From: an uncultured Pirellulaceae bacterium
Lineage (GTDB): Bacteria > Planctomycetota > Planctomycetia > Pirellulales > Pirellulaceae
Direction: 5' to 3'
Length of the DNA: 64,000 nucleotides
Assembly (NCBI GenBank): GCA_937981585.1
Contig: CALJOA010000073.1
Coordinates: forward strand, 811 to 64,810
The position numbers and the translations under genes were made by a program. The notes below the pieces were generated by a model. That model was not told the origin of the DNA, did not search any database, and saw only the letters and a program-made list of their open reading frames with translations. Below, piece by piece: positions 1 through 10,877 of this stretch (position 1 is the stretch's first letter; each line of letters starts with the position of its first letter).

Positions 1-6
1 TGGGAC

Positions 7-858
7 ATGCAGCACGAGTATCTGGAACAACAAGGCCTCAACGGAACTCGAATTTACACGCCCCGTGGCATCAAATCATTGCTGGTTCGAAGTGCGCTTC
101 ACTATATCCGCATGTGGGATCGCAGTACGGCAGATCGAGTCGATGTCTACATTGCCAACTCTGGTTATGTCGCCAACCGTATCAAAAAAACATACAACCG
201 TGACGCCCACGTCATCTATCCGCCATGTGACGTTCACAAGATGAACGTTCGCCGGACCAAAGAGGACTTTTTCCTCGCGGCGGGGAGACTTGTTCCCTAC
301 AAGCGTTTTGACTTGATCGTCGAAGCGATGAAGCACTTGCCCGATCAGAAACTCATCGTCATTGGCGATGGCTCGGAGATGAAGAAGCTTAAATCCCTAG
401 CCGGCGACAACGTCGAGTTTCTGGGATACCAAAGCGACGAAGTTCTCTACGATCACATGGAGCGAGCCAAAGCGTTCGTGTTCGGCGCGATCGAAGACTT
501 TGGAATCATGCCCGTCGAAGCTCAGGCTTGCGGTACTCCAGTCGTCGCAATGAGCCGAGGTGGAACAGCCGAAACCGTACAGCACAAAAACACAGGCTAC
601 CACTTCGACGACCAAACGCCCGAGTGTATCGCCGATGCCATGCAAGTCGTTGCCGACCTACCAAGAGGATACTTCGACGCCGACCACATTCGCGCGCATG
701 CAGAAACGTTTGGGCGTGACAAATTTCGCGAGAACTTTCAGTCTCTGGTTGAATCAACCATCGCAGCGAAAAAGCAAGCTTACGGAAAACGTCAACCAAT
801 CCTCATTCCTTGTGTTGAAACCGGCTCAGGCGCCTCCGACTCCCTGACAACCGCTTGA
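7..858 (+). CDS. GT4 family glycosyltransferase (C-terminal part; gene probably starts upstream of window)
   Basis: GRLVPYKR and EDFGIMPVEAQACGTPV (E-x7-E) GT-B/GT4 motifs; N-terminal domain incomplete at window edge. Confidence 0.9.
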   Translation: MQHEYLEQQGLNGTRIYTPRGIKSLLVRSALHYIRMWDRSTADRVDVYIANSGYVANRIKKTYNRDAHVIYPPCDVHKMNVRRTKEDFFLAAGRLVPYKRFDLIVEAMKHLPDQKLIVIGDGSEMKKLKSLAGDNVEFLGYQSDEVLYDHMERAKAFVFGAIEDFGIMPVEAQACGTPVVAMSRGGTAETVQHKNTGYHFDDQTPECIADAMQVVADLPRGYFDADHIRAHAETFGRDKFRENFQSLVESTIAAKKQAYGKRQPILIPCVETGSGASDSLTTA

Positions 859-908
859 ACCCACGCACAAAATTGGCAACCTAACTCACGATCCAATCCA
901 GAACTGAC

Positions 909-2543
909 ATGAGCACTTCGTCCGATACATCAAACCACTCCAGCGGATTGGCACGCCTTTTCACGGCGCTGCGAACCCTCGATGTGGATGCGATCGGTCA
1001 AGCAGCCTTCAAACATTGCACGTCTCCCAAGGCACTTTATGTAACATTGATTGAGCGTTGGTGGGTGATTGCAGTTTGTGCGATTGCCGGCGCGTGCATC
1101 GGTGCGTTTACGATCAAGACTTCGGTCAAACAGTTTGAGTCTCACGGCAAGATTCTGGTTTACCAAAAACTGCCAACATTCATGGACGACAGCACCCGGC
1201 TGCCAGATCCGAAAGCCTACGACAGCCTGTTCGCAACTCACGTTGCGCTCATCGGAAGTCCGCTGATTCTTGAAAAAGCTGTCAAGGATCATGACCTGGT
1301 CAATCGCTGCCCCGAGATTGAACCAGAACTCGAAGAGAACCGTGAGTACGCCCACTACATCCAAAAACACCTGAAAACTACTCGAGCCGGATCAGGCGAC
1401 TCCAAGGGCGCCTTCGTTATCTCCGTAGGATTCGAACACATCGCCGCCAATGAATGCCCGATCGTTGTCGAAGCGATTTTGGAAACCTATCGAGATTACA
1501 CCAACTCTTCAATTCTCGATGACCAAACCCGGGCCGTCGAAGTGATGAGTGACATCCGCTCGACTCTGGAGGCAGACGTCAAAGCCAAAGGGCTGGCCTA
1601 TCGCGAGTTCATGAAAACTGCGACCGGAGTTTGGGATCGCGACACCGAAAATAACACCCATCAAAAACGAATTGAAGCTCTACAAGTCGAGCTCACCACG
1701 CTTGAACTCAAAAGAGCCGCAACCGAATCTCGGATTCGAATCATGTCGCGAACACACGACGACACGACCGGCGAAAAACTCAGCGACCTCGACCGCCTGG
1801 CGTTGATCGATGAAACACACATTTCCCGATTGGAAATGCTGCTTTCGGTCAAAGGCGAGGCGATCGCTGAACTCTACCAGAACGCTTATCCGGAACTGCA
1901 AGAGCATGCCAATGCTCGGTTCAGGCAGTTGAGCGAGTTGCTATTGGAGCGAGAAGAACTCGTCAAAAACATCGGGCAAAGACATCCGAAAGTCCAGGAT
2001 CTTGATTCGAAAATTCAAATGCTTCGGTCGATTCTCGACAAAAGCCAGAAAAAACTCGCCGCACCCGCTAAACCAAGCGGACTAGAGCCAGCTGACATCG
2101 TATCGGCGTACGTGAGAATGCTGGACGAAGAACTCAACGATGCCAACGATCGCATTGCAGCCCTCAACAAATCAATCGAAGAACAGCTTGCGGCAGCAAA
2201 ATCGTTGACCGACTTTACCATTCACGCCACTCAGCTCGAAGATGATTACCAGCGATCAAAAGATCTCTACACCGCTTTGATCGACAAAGCACAAAAGCAA
2301 CAAGTCCTCAGCCAGTTTGGAAGCTATGTCGCCGAAGTCATCGCCTACCCGCACTTCAAAGGCCAACTGACATGGCCCAAGAAGCCCGTCATTCTAGCGC
2401 TTTGCACCATCCTGGGAATCTTCGTCGGTTCATTTTTGGCGCTCGCTCTCGACTTGATCGCCTTTACGCCACTAAAGCAGGCGTTCTGGTTCGTTCCACA
2501 ATGGCTCGTCTGGTCCGGGCGTAGCCCAGCCGGATCTGCTTAA
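909..2543 (+). CDS. polysaccharide chain-length determinant / co-polymerase (GumC/Wzz-like, no kinase domain)
   Basis: Two TM segments (WWVIAVCAIAG..., PKKPVILALCTILGIFVG) flanking a long coiled coil with HPKV motif; EPS context. Confidence 0.8.
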   Translation: MSTSSDTSNHSSGLARLFTALRTLDVDAIGQAAFKHCTSPKALYVTLIERWWVIAVCAIAGACIGAFTIKTSVKQFESHGKILVYQKLPTFMDDSTRLPDPKAYDSLFATHVALIGSPLILEKAVKDHDLVNRCPEIEPELEENREYAHYIQKHLKTTRAGSGDSKGAFVISVGFEHIAANECPIVVEAILETYRDYTNSSILDDQTRAVEVMSDIRSTLEADVKAKGLAYREFMKTATGVWDRDTENNTHQKRIEALQVELTTLELKRAATESRIRIMSRTHDDTTGEKLSDLDRLALIDETHISRLEMLLSVKGEAIAELYQNAYPELQEHANARFRQLSELLLEREELVKNIGQRHPKVQDLDSKIQMLRSILDKSQKKLAAPAKPSGLEPADIVSAYVRMLDEELNDANDRIAALNKSIEEQLAAAKSLTDFTIHATQLEDDYQRSKDLYTALIDKAQKQQVLSQFGSYVAEVIAYPHFKGQLTWPKKPVILALCTILGIFVGSFLALALDLIAFTPLKQAFWFVPQWLVWSGRSPAGSA

Positions 2544-2567
2544 CTCGAGCCAGCTACGGGGGCCGAA

Positions 2568-3896
2568 ATGAGCTCGATCCAGATTTCCAATCCAGCCGAA
2601 ATCGAAACCAAGAACTTTCTTGAGCGCGGTTATCAACAGCTTGCCGAGACACCGTGGTACTTCTATCTGGTGATGGCCTATGGATTTCTTATTCCCGTCG
2701 TCGCGATGAACCTGCCCGGCGTAGGCGGCGTGGGAGCGGCCGACCTCCTGATGCCATTTGGGTTTCTGGTGCTGTTTTGTTTTAAAAAGTGCGGGCGGAT
2801 CATGTTGCCTCACATCGCGCTGACTTGCTTTGTTTTTGCGGCGCTGATGTCGCTTCAACAAATTGACGAATTCAAACCGGCTGTCGATTGTACGATCCGC
2901 TGGGTACGACTGTTTGGAATTCTGATTCCATTCTTCTTCGGACTTTTTATTCCAGTGAATAATCGCTTACTCGACCGAGCGTTTGGCGCCTGGATGGTCG
3001 GTGGCCTGGTGGCAATTCTGATCGGCATCTTCCTCCATTCGTTTCAAATCGAAGTCCGAGAAGGCCAACAGCGATTGTGGATGGACGGTGCTTCGATACT
3101 CCGCGCTGGTGGTCTGATCGGAAACTCGGGAGCGTTTGGCCACATGACGTCGACTTGGGCCGTGATCAGCATGTGTTATCTGTTGGCGGTTTCGAAAACG
3201 AAGTATCGCTTCGTCCTTGCCGGTGGAGTCGTCTTTTTTACGCTTTACGTCATCTTCATTTCGTCTTCGCGCGCCGCGATGTTGCACCTGTTTTCAGCCG
3301 GGGCTGTTTTCTTCCTCCTATTTCGCATCCCGAGAGTCCTCAGACAGTGGGGAGTTCTGACAACAATGTACGGTGTACTGGGAATCATCATGATGGCTTG
3401 CATCATGCAGTGCATGCCATCAGACAACAGCGGCGGAAATTCCAATGCGCTTGAGACCAATCTGAAACGATTCGTTCCCGGATACGGCGGAACAAGCGCC
3501 GGAGAGTTTACCTCCAACAGAGCAGGGAACTGGCCAGAGTATATCGAAATGATGAACGAGAAAATTCTTTTCGGCTGGGGCTACAAGATGGGCGTGCGGT
3601 TACACGAAGAATCACCAGACAACTCTTACCTCTCAGTGATGCTCGAAACGGGCGCAATCGGTTTCACTTGCATGTCGTTTTTCGTGATCGGGATCTTCTA
3701 TTGCCTTGGAACGCTATATTTTGCGCGCGATCCCTACGCCTGCGTTTTGATTCCGGCCTGCGTGGGGCAGTTGTTTAATTGCTTTACATCAGACATCTAT
3801 ACGTTTTGGATAACCATGCCAGTCGTGTTTATGCTGCTAGGGTTGGTCGTTCAGAAAAAGCCGACTCCGCCCCTGGAGCTCCAGCCAAAACTCTAG
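2568..3896 (+). CDS. O-antigen ligase / Wzy polymerase family membrane protein
   Basis: Roughly 11-12 hydrophobic segments; RAGGLIGNSG, SSSRAA, FGWG and DNSYLSVMLETG motifs typical of Wzy_C. Confidence 0.8.
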   Translation: MSSIQISNPAEIETKNFLERGYQQLAETPWYFYLVMAYGFLIPVVAMNLPGVGGVGAADLLMPFGFLVLFCFKKCGRIMLPHIALTCFVFAALMSLQQIDEFKPAVDCTIRWVRLFGILIPFFFGLFIPVNNRLLDRAFGAWMVGGLVAILIGIFLHSFQIEVREGQQRLWMDGASILRAGGLIGNSGAFGHMTSTWAVISMCYLLAVSKTKYRFVLAGGVVFFTLYVIFISSSRAAMLHLFSAGAVFFLLFRIPRVLRQWGVLTTMYGVLGIIMMACIMQCMPSDNSGGNSNALETNLKRFVPGYGGTSAGEFTSNRAGNWPEYIEMMNEKILFGWGYKMGVRLHEESPDNSYLSVMLETGAIGFTCMSFFVIGIFYCLGTLYFARDPYACVLIPACVGQLFNCFTSDIYTFWITMPVVFMLLGLVVQKKPTPPLELQPKL

Positions 3897-3921
3897 CTAC
3901 TAAAACTGAGCGTTCATCTAT

Positions 3922-3984
3922 AGTAGCACGGCTGTCCCAGCCGTGATTTTGCAGCTTGTTCACGGCTGGGACAGCCGAGCTACT
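3922..3984. repeat. REP-like inverted repeat pair
   Basis: AGTAGCACGGCTGTCCCAGCCGTGA ... TCACGGCTGGGACAGCCGAGCTACT, about 25-bp arms with 1 mismatch, each arm itself a hairpin; intergenic between convergent genes. Confidence 0.8.
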
Positions 3985-4005
3985 CAACGAATCCAAAAAA
4001 ATGGA

Positions 4006-4070
4006 AGCCCGACCCGTTAGCGAGGGCGAACTCAAATGTAGCTTCGCCTCGCTCACGCGTCGGGTTACCA
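4006..4070. repeat. second REP-like imperfect inverted repeat
   Basis: AGCCCGACCCGTTAGCGAGG ... CCTCGCTCACGCGTCGGGTT imperfect arms. Confidence 0.65.
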
Positions 4071-4195
4071 GTTCAGGAGCTTTTGCGTCTAAAGTGAGTG
4101 CCATTGGGCGATAGCCAAAACGGCTGACGTGGCCAACTCGTATTGTTAGCTGTAAAGCTGGTGATATGAGGAAGGTTTTACGAAAACCAAGGACC

Positions 4196-7100
4196 CTACT
4201 TAATTATGGCAACACAGTCATCCTTGCCGGCTTCGATAACGCCTTTGGGTTTTCCGTCTATGGAAATAACGAAACGATGGCCGACCTGGGTGTCGGCGGA
4301 GATTTCACCCCACGGCTGAATCTTGCTAAGCACGGTTCGTTTGCCGCCTTCGCCGACCCACTCAAGATCGTAAACCCGGTTCGAGCGGTTGACGAAACGA
4401 ATGTTGACGTTGGGCGATTTTTCGGGTGAGGGTACGGCAAGGTTATCTTTGGTCGCTGGCAAGATTTCGACTTTCGCAATCTTTTCTCTTTTTCGAGGAG
4501 GAGCAGGCCAGCGGAAATTCGGCTCGCGGCCATGCCGGTATCCTTCCAGATGGGTGCCTGTCAGATCCTCACGATCCATCGTGGGACAGAATCGCCACTC
4601 GCCGTCGCCAAACGCCTGCTTCAACAAGGCCGCCAACGCCGGGTCGTAGTCTTTGACTTCTTCGCGCGTGTTAACGTGATTGTGATCCTCAACGTTTTGC
4701 AAGTTGGCGTCGAACCATGACTGAGCACCTTCGGCCCAGTACTCCATGCGGTTGGTCGCTGCGTAGGTGCCTTTCCACAATCCCTTTTTCATCGCATCGT
4801 TAAAAGCCTTGTCCAGCTTCGCATCAAATTTTGGATCGAGCTTTTCCATACCGGGACGATGAACCGTGTGAGCAAATTCGTGAATCAAAATCGACTCGTC
4901 CATGTGTGGATCGCCTCGATAATCCAGCAAGTTTTCTTCACCGCACGCACAGGCGACACGAGTCCCGGTCGGCCCGATTCCACGAGCCTTGCTGTCCCAA
5001 TAGTGTTTTGGTTTCAAGTCAGAATTTTCGGGAACGTCGGTGATGTATTCCCTGGTCGACATGATGACGACGCGGACCTTGCTGTCGGCGATACCTTGGA
5101 CGACCCCGGGATTTTCCGCCATCATGTTTTTGATTAAGTACTTGGCTTCCCGAAAAGCGTAGGGCGAAACATTGCTCGACGCTAAAACCGGCACGCCCAT
5201 CACATCGGTATGCCGCTTATAAAAATCTGTGTCCAATTCCAGTCGCTTGACAACTTGATCGGGTATCGACAAGTCATCTTCGTCAATCGACTTTGGTTTG
5301 GATCGTGAAATCTCGGTGACTTTGAGATCGTCGATCCAGACTTCTTTATGAATCGACAGCCGCAAACGGCTTTTAGTCGGATGGGCAATACCGTTGGACG
5401 TGAACTCAGCGGCTGGCTGGCCGTCGATCTCGATCGTCAAAGTAGGTCCGTCGATGCGAATGGCCAGGTCGTGCCAAGCACCGACGGTTGTCTCAAAAGG
5501 AACGAGCTTTTGCTTGCTGTCGATGATCGCCCGAATTTCGTCGGTCATCTTTTCAGATTTGCGAAGCTCTTGGTACTCCGTCTTCATATTGCCAGTTTTC
5601 AAGTCGCGAATTTGAACTTTATCAGGATGAATCCTAGCCACGCAGAGGTGCCCCGCGCTGACACTTTTCTCGATCATGTCGGCAAAGTTCACGCCGAGGT
5701 CAGAACCTTCTGTCAATTTGAAACGCATCTCAACCAGAACATCGCGATACGCGAGATCGTGTCGAATACTGACGGCATGGCTGGCTGTATCGGCCATCGT
5801 GACATGCAAAGTTCCGTTGTCCAGATCGACTTGCTTTTTGCCTTGTGCCTTGCTGTTGGTCGACCAGCCGTTACCGATCATTTCGACATCAGGGGAAGGT
5901 TCATCACGTTCAAAGTCATCGAACAACAAAATGTTCTTGTCCTCCCCCATCGGTTTTGACTGCGGCACAAAGTTCTCACCGTATTTGACCGCGAACTCTT
6001 TCACTGGATCGTAGTCGGGGTTCGAATAGACTTCACGCTGCCGCTCAATGTTGACGTTGGGATACGAATCGAAAATATCGCCATCGCCAAACATCCGCGG
6101 GTCGCCTTGATCACGAAGGGCTTTTTCCATTTTGGCGCGAAGCCGTCTTTTTTCTATCAGGAACTGCGGGTCGTCAGCCAAATTTTTGAGGCACTCGAAA
6201 TCGGAAGCCGAGTAAAACTCTTCGTTAGGTCGCTTGCCAAAGCTAAGTCGATAGTAGTAATCTTCTGGATCCTTTTTGGCTCGCTTGACCAGTTCCGTCT
6301 TGGTGGGCGATTTGTCAGTATTGAGCAAGCCAAGTTCCGGATCGCCTGCTGGCCAACGGTCCTTGTTATAGTTGCGGACATACAGAAACTCATCCGTGCG
6401 AATCGCGCGAACCGGGTAACCAACTGAGACTTGATCACCATCAGTCCGGCCGATGTCGTGCCGCTCTTTGCCCAGCAGCGTAAAATTTCGATCCTCGTCG
6501 ATACGGCCTTCTTTTTCGGACTTTAGCTGCTTGAGGAAACTCCTGCCGGTGAACTGTTGCGGTGCTTCGATGCCGGCCGCCTCCAAAATCGTCGGCGCGA
6601 CATCGGGGAACGTCACGAAGTCCGAAACACCTCGCCCTGCTTTCTTGATACCGGCCGGCCAGCGCACAACCAGCGGTACGTGAAAGCCGTGCGCGTAAAC
6701 CTGTCCTTTGACTCTCGGAAACGGCATGCCATGATCGGAGGTGGCGATGACGATCGTGTTGTCGAGCATCGCGCGGTCTTCAAGGTGCTTCAAGGCGCGA
6801 CCGACATGCGTGTCAAACCATTCGACTTCGATCGCATAATCCGCCAGATCGCCACGAACCTTTTCGTTGTCGGGAAAATACTTTGGGACGATGACGTCGT
6901 CGAGGTTGCGGCCGTCAAGCTTCCAGTTGTTTTTGCCGTATCCGCGATGCGGTTCGCGGGTTCCGAGCCAGAAACAGAACGGTTTGTCGTCAGGGCGTGC
7001 GTCGAGAAAGTCCTTGAAGTTCGCCGCATAGTCCTGTTTGGAAATACCTTTGAACGGTGGATCGGCAACTCGATCGAGCCACGGGCGACCGGCTGGATTG

Positions 7101-7612
7101 TCTTCCTTGTCCGGGTTGCCGCCTGCGTTAATGCCTCGCCAAATACCAGGCCCCCAGCCCTTGCCGGTGTAGCCCATGAAGTAGCCAGCGTCTTCCATCA
7201 GGTACGGATAAAACTTCCATCGGTCAGAAAGAAACGGGCCGTGATTACAGGCTTCTTGAAGTTGCCAGGAGTAACGACCCGTCAGCAAACAAGCGCGAGC
7301 CGGGGCACATTTTGGGTTGCAGTTAAAGGCATTTGTGAACTTGACTCCTTCGCGGGCGATGCGATCAAAGTTCGGCGTTTTGACGTAGGCGCTGCCATAA
7401 ATCCCCATGCTATCGCGCGAAGCATCGTCGGCAATAATGAACAAAACGTTGGGGCGCTCTGTGGCAGCGGACGCGTTGGCAGCAGACCCGTTGGTCGCTG
7501 CGATTGATGAAAGCCTCTCAATAGGCTCCGTTTGGGCAAAGACGATGCAAGAGAAAGCCAACAACCAGGTAACTACGAGACTGATTTTTACGATTGCGGA
7601 AGCGTATTTCAT
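4196..7612 (-). CDS. secreted multidomain sulfatase: FGly-sulfatase + beta-sandwich (lectin/ConA-like) + HExxH zinc metallopeptidase + VHL-beta-like domain
   Basis: Signal peptide from ATG 7612 (MKYASAIVK...VFA); PNVLFIIADD, CAPAR...LLTGRY, SDHG sulfatase motifs; ILIHEFAH...EYWAE zincin motif; C-terminal IRFVN...LEWV...TQVGHRF. Confidence 0.85.
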   Translation of the reverse strand: MKYASAIVKISLVVTWLLAFSCIVFAQTEPIERLSSIAATNGSAANASAATERPNVLFIIADDASRDSMGIYGSAYVKTPNFDRIAREGVKFTNAFNCNPKCAPARACLLTGRYSWQLQEACNHGPFLSDRWKFYPYLMEDAGYFMGYTGKGWGPGIWRGINAGGNPDKEDNPAGRPWLDRVADPPFKGISKQDYAANFKDFLDARPDDKPFCFWLGTREPHRGYGKNNWKLDGRNLDDVIVPKYFPDNEKVRGDLADYAIEVEWFDTHVGRALKHLEDRAMLDNTIVIATSDHGMPFPRVKGQVYAHGFHVPLVVRWPAGIKKAGRGVSDFVTFPDVAPTILEAAGIEAPQQFTGRSFLKQLKSEKEGRIDEDRNFTLLGKERHDIGRTDGDQVSVGYPVRAIRTDEFLYVRNYNKDRWPAGDPELGLLNTDKSPTKTELVKRAKKDPEDYYYRLSFGKRPNEEFYSASDFECLKNLADDPQFLIEKRRLRAKMEKALRDQGDPRMFGDGDIFDSYPNVNIERQREVYSNPDYDPVKEFAVKYGENFVPQSKPMGEDKNILLFDDFERDEPSPDVEMIGNGWSTNSKAQGKKQVDLDNGTLHVTMADTASHAVSIRHDLAYRDVLVEMRFKLTEGSDLGVNFADMIEKSVSAGHLCVARIHPDKVQIRDLKTGNMKTEYQELRKSEKMTDEIRAIIDSKQKLVPFETTVGAWHDLAIRIDGPTLTIEIDGQPAAEFTSNGIAHPTKSRLRLSIHKEVWIDDLKVTEISRSKPKSIDEDDLSIPDQVVKRLELDTDFYKRHTDVMGVPVLASSNVSPYAFREAKYLIKNMMAENPGVVQGIADSKVRVVIMSTREYITDVPENSDLKPKHYWDSKARGIGPTGTRVACACGEENLLDYRGDPHMDESILIHEFAHTVHRPGMEKLDPKFDAKLDKAFNDAMKKGLWKGTYAATNRMEYWAEGAQSWFDANLQNVEDHNHVNTREEVKDYDPALAALLKQAFGDGEWRFCPTMDREDLTGTHLEGYRHGREPNFRWPAPPRKREKIAKVEILPATKDNLAVPSPEKSPNVNIRFVNRSNRVYDLEWVGEGGKRTVLSKIQPWGEISADTQVGHRFVISIDGKPKGVIEAGKDDCVAIIK

Positions 7613-7812
7613 TGTATCTTTCTCTTGGGTTTCCAATGCTCTAGATCATTAAAAGTCCTATAAAGTTAGAAGCTTGTGTTTCCGAGCATGACGAAAACTC
7701 ATTGTCACTTTTGAAGAATAAGTGTGCAATAGTATGCAACCAACGTCGGCATCGACTATTCGAATCACTTCCGCCAAAGAAATAGCAAAGCTTGTGTCGA
7801 TTATAATCCCGG

Positions 7813-9291
7813 CTAAAAGATAAATCCTCGGTCCGTCACAACGTTAAAGTTGAACAGATTCAGCGCCACGTTACCGAACAGTTCGTGCGGTTTGTAACGC
7901 ATAATGATGAGGTCGCCGCGCATAATTTTGACGCGATGAGCAGGATCGTTTGCCGCCGTTTTAAGATCGACCATGATCTTGACTTGCTTATTCTCATTCA
8001 AATGGCGAATGATAATAACTTCTGTTGGCGCGATGATTCCTCCGGGACCATTTTGAAAGTTCGGAGTCTTTGACCCCGCAACAATGCCGTGTGAGCTGCC
8101 CGTGGCGATCGCAATCGCTTCAAAAATGTCGGTGTCGCGATCGCGAGCTAAGGGGAAACGACCGCCGGGCAACAAACCACCTGTCATGAAAACATCGCCA
8201 TCGCGCCGAGGCAGGAACACTATATCGTCGTCGCCAAGAATCACGTCGTCCCGCTCGAAAGGAAGCGGCTGGCCAACAGGATGGGTTAAAGGAATTCGAA
8301 CCAGCTTCGAATTTTCTTTCGGAAGCATCATCGGAAATTCGCCAGTCAATTTGGAAACGAACGGATCCACAAGTTCGTCAACTTCTCCTGGGCTTACTCG
8401 CTTCATCACCCAAATCTCATTCATCGCGTCGATGCCAGGCAATCCGCCGGTTCGATTGATTGCGGTCAATACACTTGCTTCTTTAGGTTCCAAATACAAC
8501 GTCGTCCCTGACCAACGTCGTGAAATTTCAAACTGAGACGGCGTCTGGAGCCCAGGCAAGTTGTATCGCGTGTCTTGTCGCAGTACGTTGATTCGAACAA
8601 AACTTGGGGTGATCAAGTTGACTTGAATATTGTCTCTGCCTGGCTGAATTAGCTTGGCGTGTTCGACGTACTGATTTCGAATCAAATTGCGAACTTGTGG
8701 AATCGTCATGCCAGCGACATGGATTGGTTTGATGTAGGGCAGGGCCATCGTCCCATCAGAATCGACCTTAACCGGTTGCCCGACAAACGGCTCGACAGGG
8801 GCGTTTCTCAAACGAAAACCGGGATAGTCAACCGACGGTAACTCGTCACGATTGCCCATGATGTCGGCAATGTAGATTCCCAGAACATCGCCCTTGCCCA
8901 CGGTGTGTTCTTCGGGGACTGGAGCTCCCAACAATCTGAGATCCAATGGAACTTTGTCGGTGCGTCGCTCAGCAAGATACTCAGGGGGAATCTGATCAGG
9001 CGAACAGCAATTTTTGCGCAGCGATTGACAGCCACATGACATGCATAAGGCAACAATCAGAACGCAGATAAAGACGAGCTTTTGGATGATGAGTTCGATA
9101 TTGGAGCCGCCCCGTAACCAGCAATCTGAGGTTAATGAAACAGAGATGTTTTTGGGTGCAGAGAGATAGGATCTTATTCGGATTGTGTCAATATCATTGG
9201 TATTTCCCAGGGAAAAGCTGACGCAGGACGTCAAAATCGTCGCAAATTCCCAGCGTAATTGGCGGGGTGACATAGCTTTATATAGACCCAC
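7813..9291 (-). CDS. polysaccharide export protein (Wza/Poly_export-SLBB family)
   Basis: GDVLGIYI, VDSDGTMALPYIKPIHVAGMT Poly_export motif, SLBB-like repeats; lipobox-like CMSCGC. True start uncertain, probably about 9040-9100. Confidence 0.8.
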   Translation of the reverse strand: MGLYKAMSPRQLRWEFATILTSCVSFSLGNTNDIDTIRIRSYLSAPKNISVSLTSDCWLRGGSNIELIIQKLVFICVLIVALCMSCGCQSLRKNCCSPDQIPPEYLAERRTDKVPLDLRLLGAPVPEEHTVGKGDVLGIYIADIMGNRDELPSVDYPGFRLRNAPVEPFVGQPVKVDSDGTMALPYIKPIHVAGMTIPQVRNLIRNQYVEHAKLIQPGRDNIQVNLITPSFVRINVLRQDTRYNLPGLQTPSQFEISRRWSGTTLYLEPKEASVLTAINRTGGLPGIDAMNEIWVMKRVSPGEVDELVDPFVSKLTGEFPMMLPKENSKLVRIPLTHPVGQPLPFERDDVILGDDDIVFLPRRDGDVFMTGGLLPGGRFPLARDRDTDIFEAIAIATGSSHGIVAGSKTPNFQNGPGGIIAPTEVIIIRHLNENKQVKIMVDLKTAANDPAHRVKIMRGDLIIMRYKPHELFGNVALNLFNFNVVTDRGFIF

Positions 9292-9316
9292 CTCCTCCCT
9301 TTTCCCCCGTTATCCC

Positions 9317-10864
9317 GTGAACTCAAACACAACAACCAGCCCCTCGGGGTCGATGGATTTGACCGGAACGCTGGCACCATCATCTGCGCCTTCGCTTTCT
9401 CAAAAGCTCTCTGAACGAGTCATCAGCAACCGTGAAGTCGACCCCGTATCGTTGGTCGAAGAATACATCGGCAAAGCATACGGCTGGCAGTTTTTCGGCC
9501 AGATCGTAAAGACCGGTGCTCCACTTTTGCTTGGCGACATCACATCGTTTGTCTTGTGCTTTTGGGCCGGACTCGGTGTTGCGTCAATTCTTGGATTCCC
9601 AATCGCTGCGGCCTATTCGTATGTATTTGTGGTACTGATGGTAGCCATGGTTGGCACGTTCCTGTTGATGGGACTTTACAACGGCGGAGGAATGCATCCG
9701 ATCTATGAGTTTCGCCAAACGATGGTGAGCACGTCGTTGGTGTTTGTCCTGGTCGCGGCCGTCATGATTACGACTTCGACTGGACTGGCAGTACTGGTTG
9801 CTTATCCAATGTTGTTGGCGGCCGTACCGTTATTGCGCACGTTCTTGCGAGCCAAACTGGTCAACTGCAATTGGTGGGGCGTCCGTTGCATCATTGTCGA
9901 CAGTCACCGCCGAATTAACAGTCACTATGCGCTCCATAAAAAGCACGCGGTCTCAGGGATCCGCCCTGTGGGCTTCATCCAAAAGAGCGTTCCCGAAAAC
10001 CTCAAACCTGAATTCAAAGACGAGTATCTCGGAACGGTTGCCAATGTTCGCAACTCGATCTCAAGCCTCAGAGCCCATTGCGCACTTGTCCACCGCTGTG
10101 GCCGACCTGACCACGAAATCTTTGCATACGTTGCCAAGCACCTTTCGAGCTTCAGTCGAATCATCATCATCCCGGACGACGACCGCTTGCCGTCGCTTTG
10201 GTCGCTAGGACGAAATGGTGGCATTTGTCTTGAAGACCGATTGATGAGACCCTTCTCTCAATTCGTAAAACGAACGATGGACGTGGTTTTGTCGTTGGGG
10301 GGCATGATCACATTGTTTCCTCTGTTCATCATTATTGCGATCTGGACCAAAGTCACCGCTCCCGGGCCATTGTTTTTCGGCCACGAGAGAATTGGAAAGC
10401 ACGGCAGACGATTCAAAGCCTGGAAGTTTCGCACCATGGTTGTCAACTCACAGGAAGTCCTAGAAAAGACGTTGGCCGAGAATCCCGAAATGCGGGAAGA
10501 ATGGGAAGCAACCTACAAACTTCAGAACGACCCACGTATCACCGGGCCTGGTCATTTCCTGAGAAAGTCAAGCCTCGATGAACTGCCGCAACTCTGGAAT
10601 GTTCTCAAAGGCGAAATGTCACTCGTGGGACCACGTCCGATCGTTGTCGGTGAAGTCGATCGTTACAAAGACACATTCCGCAACTACTTACGAGTCACTC
10701 CAGGAGTAACCGGATTCTGGCAAGTCTCTGGGCGAAACCTGACGACTTACGATCGCCGAGTCGAACTGGATGACTACTATGTCATGAACTGGTCGATCTG
10801 GTTCGATCTTTACATTCTGGTCCGCACGGTCAAGACAGTCGTCTTCCGCGAAGGCGCGTTTTAG
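9317..10864 (+). CDS. wbaP: initiating undecaprenyl-phosphate sugar phosphotransferase (WbaP/WcaJ family)
   Basis: N-terminal TMs; [51 protein letters not shown]. Start GTG 9317 or ATG 9353. Confidence 0.92.
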   Translation: MNSNTTTSPSGSMDLTGTLAPSSAPSLSQKLSERVISNREVDPVSLVEEYIGKAYGWQFFGQIVKTGAPLLLGDITSFVLCFWAGLGVASILGFPIAAAYSYVFVVLMVAMVGTFLLMGLYNGGGMHPIYEFRQTMVSTSLVFVLVAAVMITTSTGLAVLVAYPMLLAAVPLLRTFLRAKLVNCNWWGVRCIIVDSHRRINSHYALHKKHAVSGIRPVGFIQKSVPENLKPEFKDEYLGTVANVRNSISSLRAHCALVHRCGRPDHEIFAYVAKHLSSFSRIIIIPDDDRLPSLWSLGRNGGICLEDRLMRPFSQFVKRTMDVVLSLGGMITLFPLFIIIAIWTKVTAPGPLFFGHERIGKHGRRFKAWKFRTMVVNSQEVLEKTLAENPEMREEWEATYKLQNDPRITGPGHFLRKSSLDELPQLWNVLKGEMSLVGPRPIVVGEVDRYKDTFRNYLRVTPGVTGFWQVSGRNLTTYDRRVELDDYYVMNWSIWFDLYILVRTVKTVVFREGAF

Positions 10865-10877
10865 AACTGCGGTCGAA

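Noticed and set aside
6557-7507. Long antisense ORFs (316 aa here; also 5348-5959, 12841-13506, 17822-18559)
   Set aside because: They lie wholly opposite well-supported genes and have no recognisable motifs; shadow ORFs.
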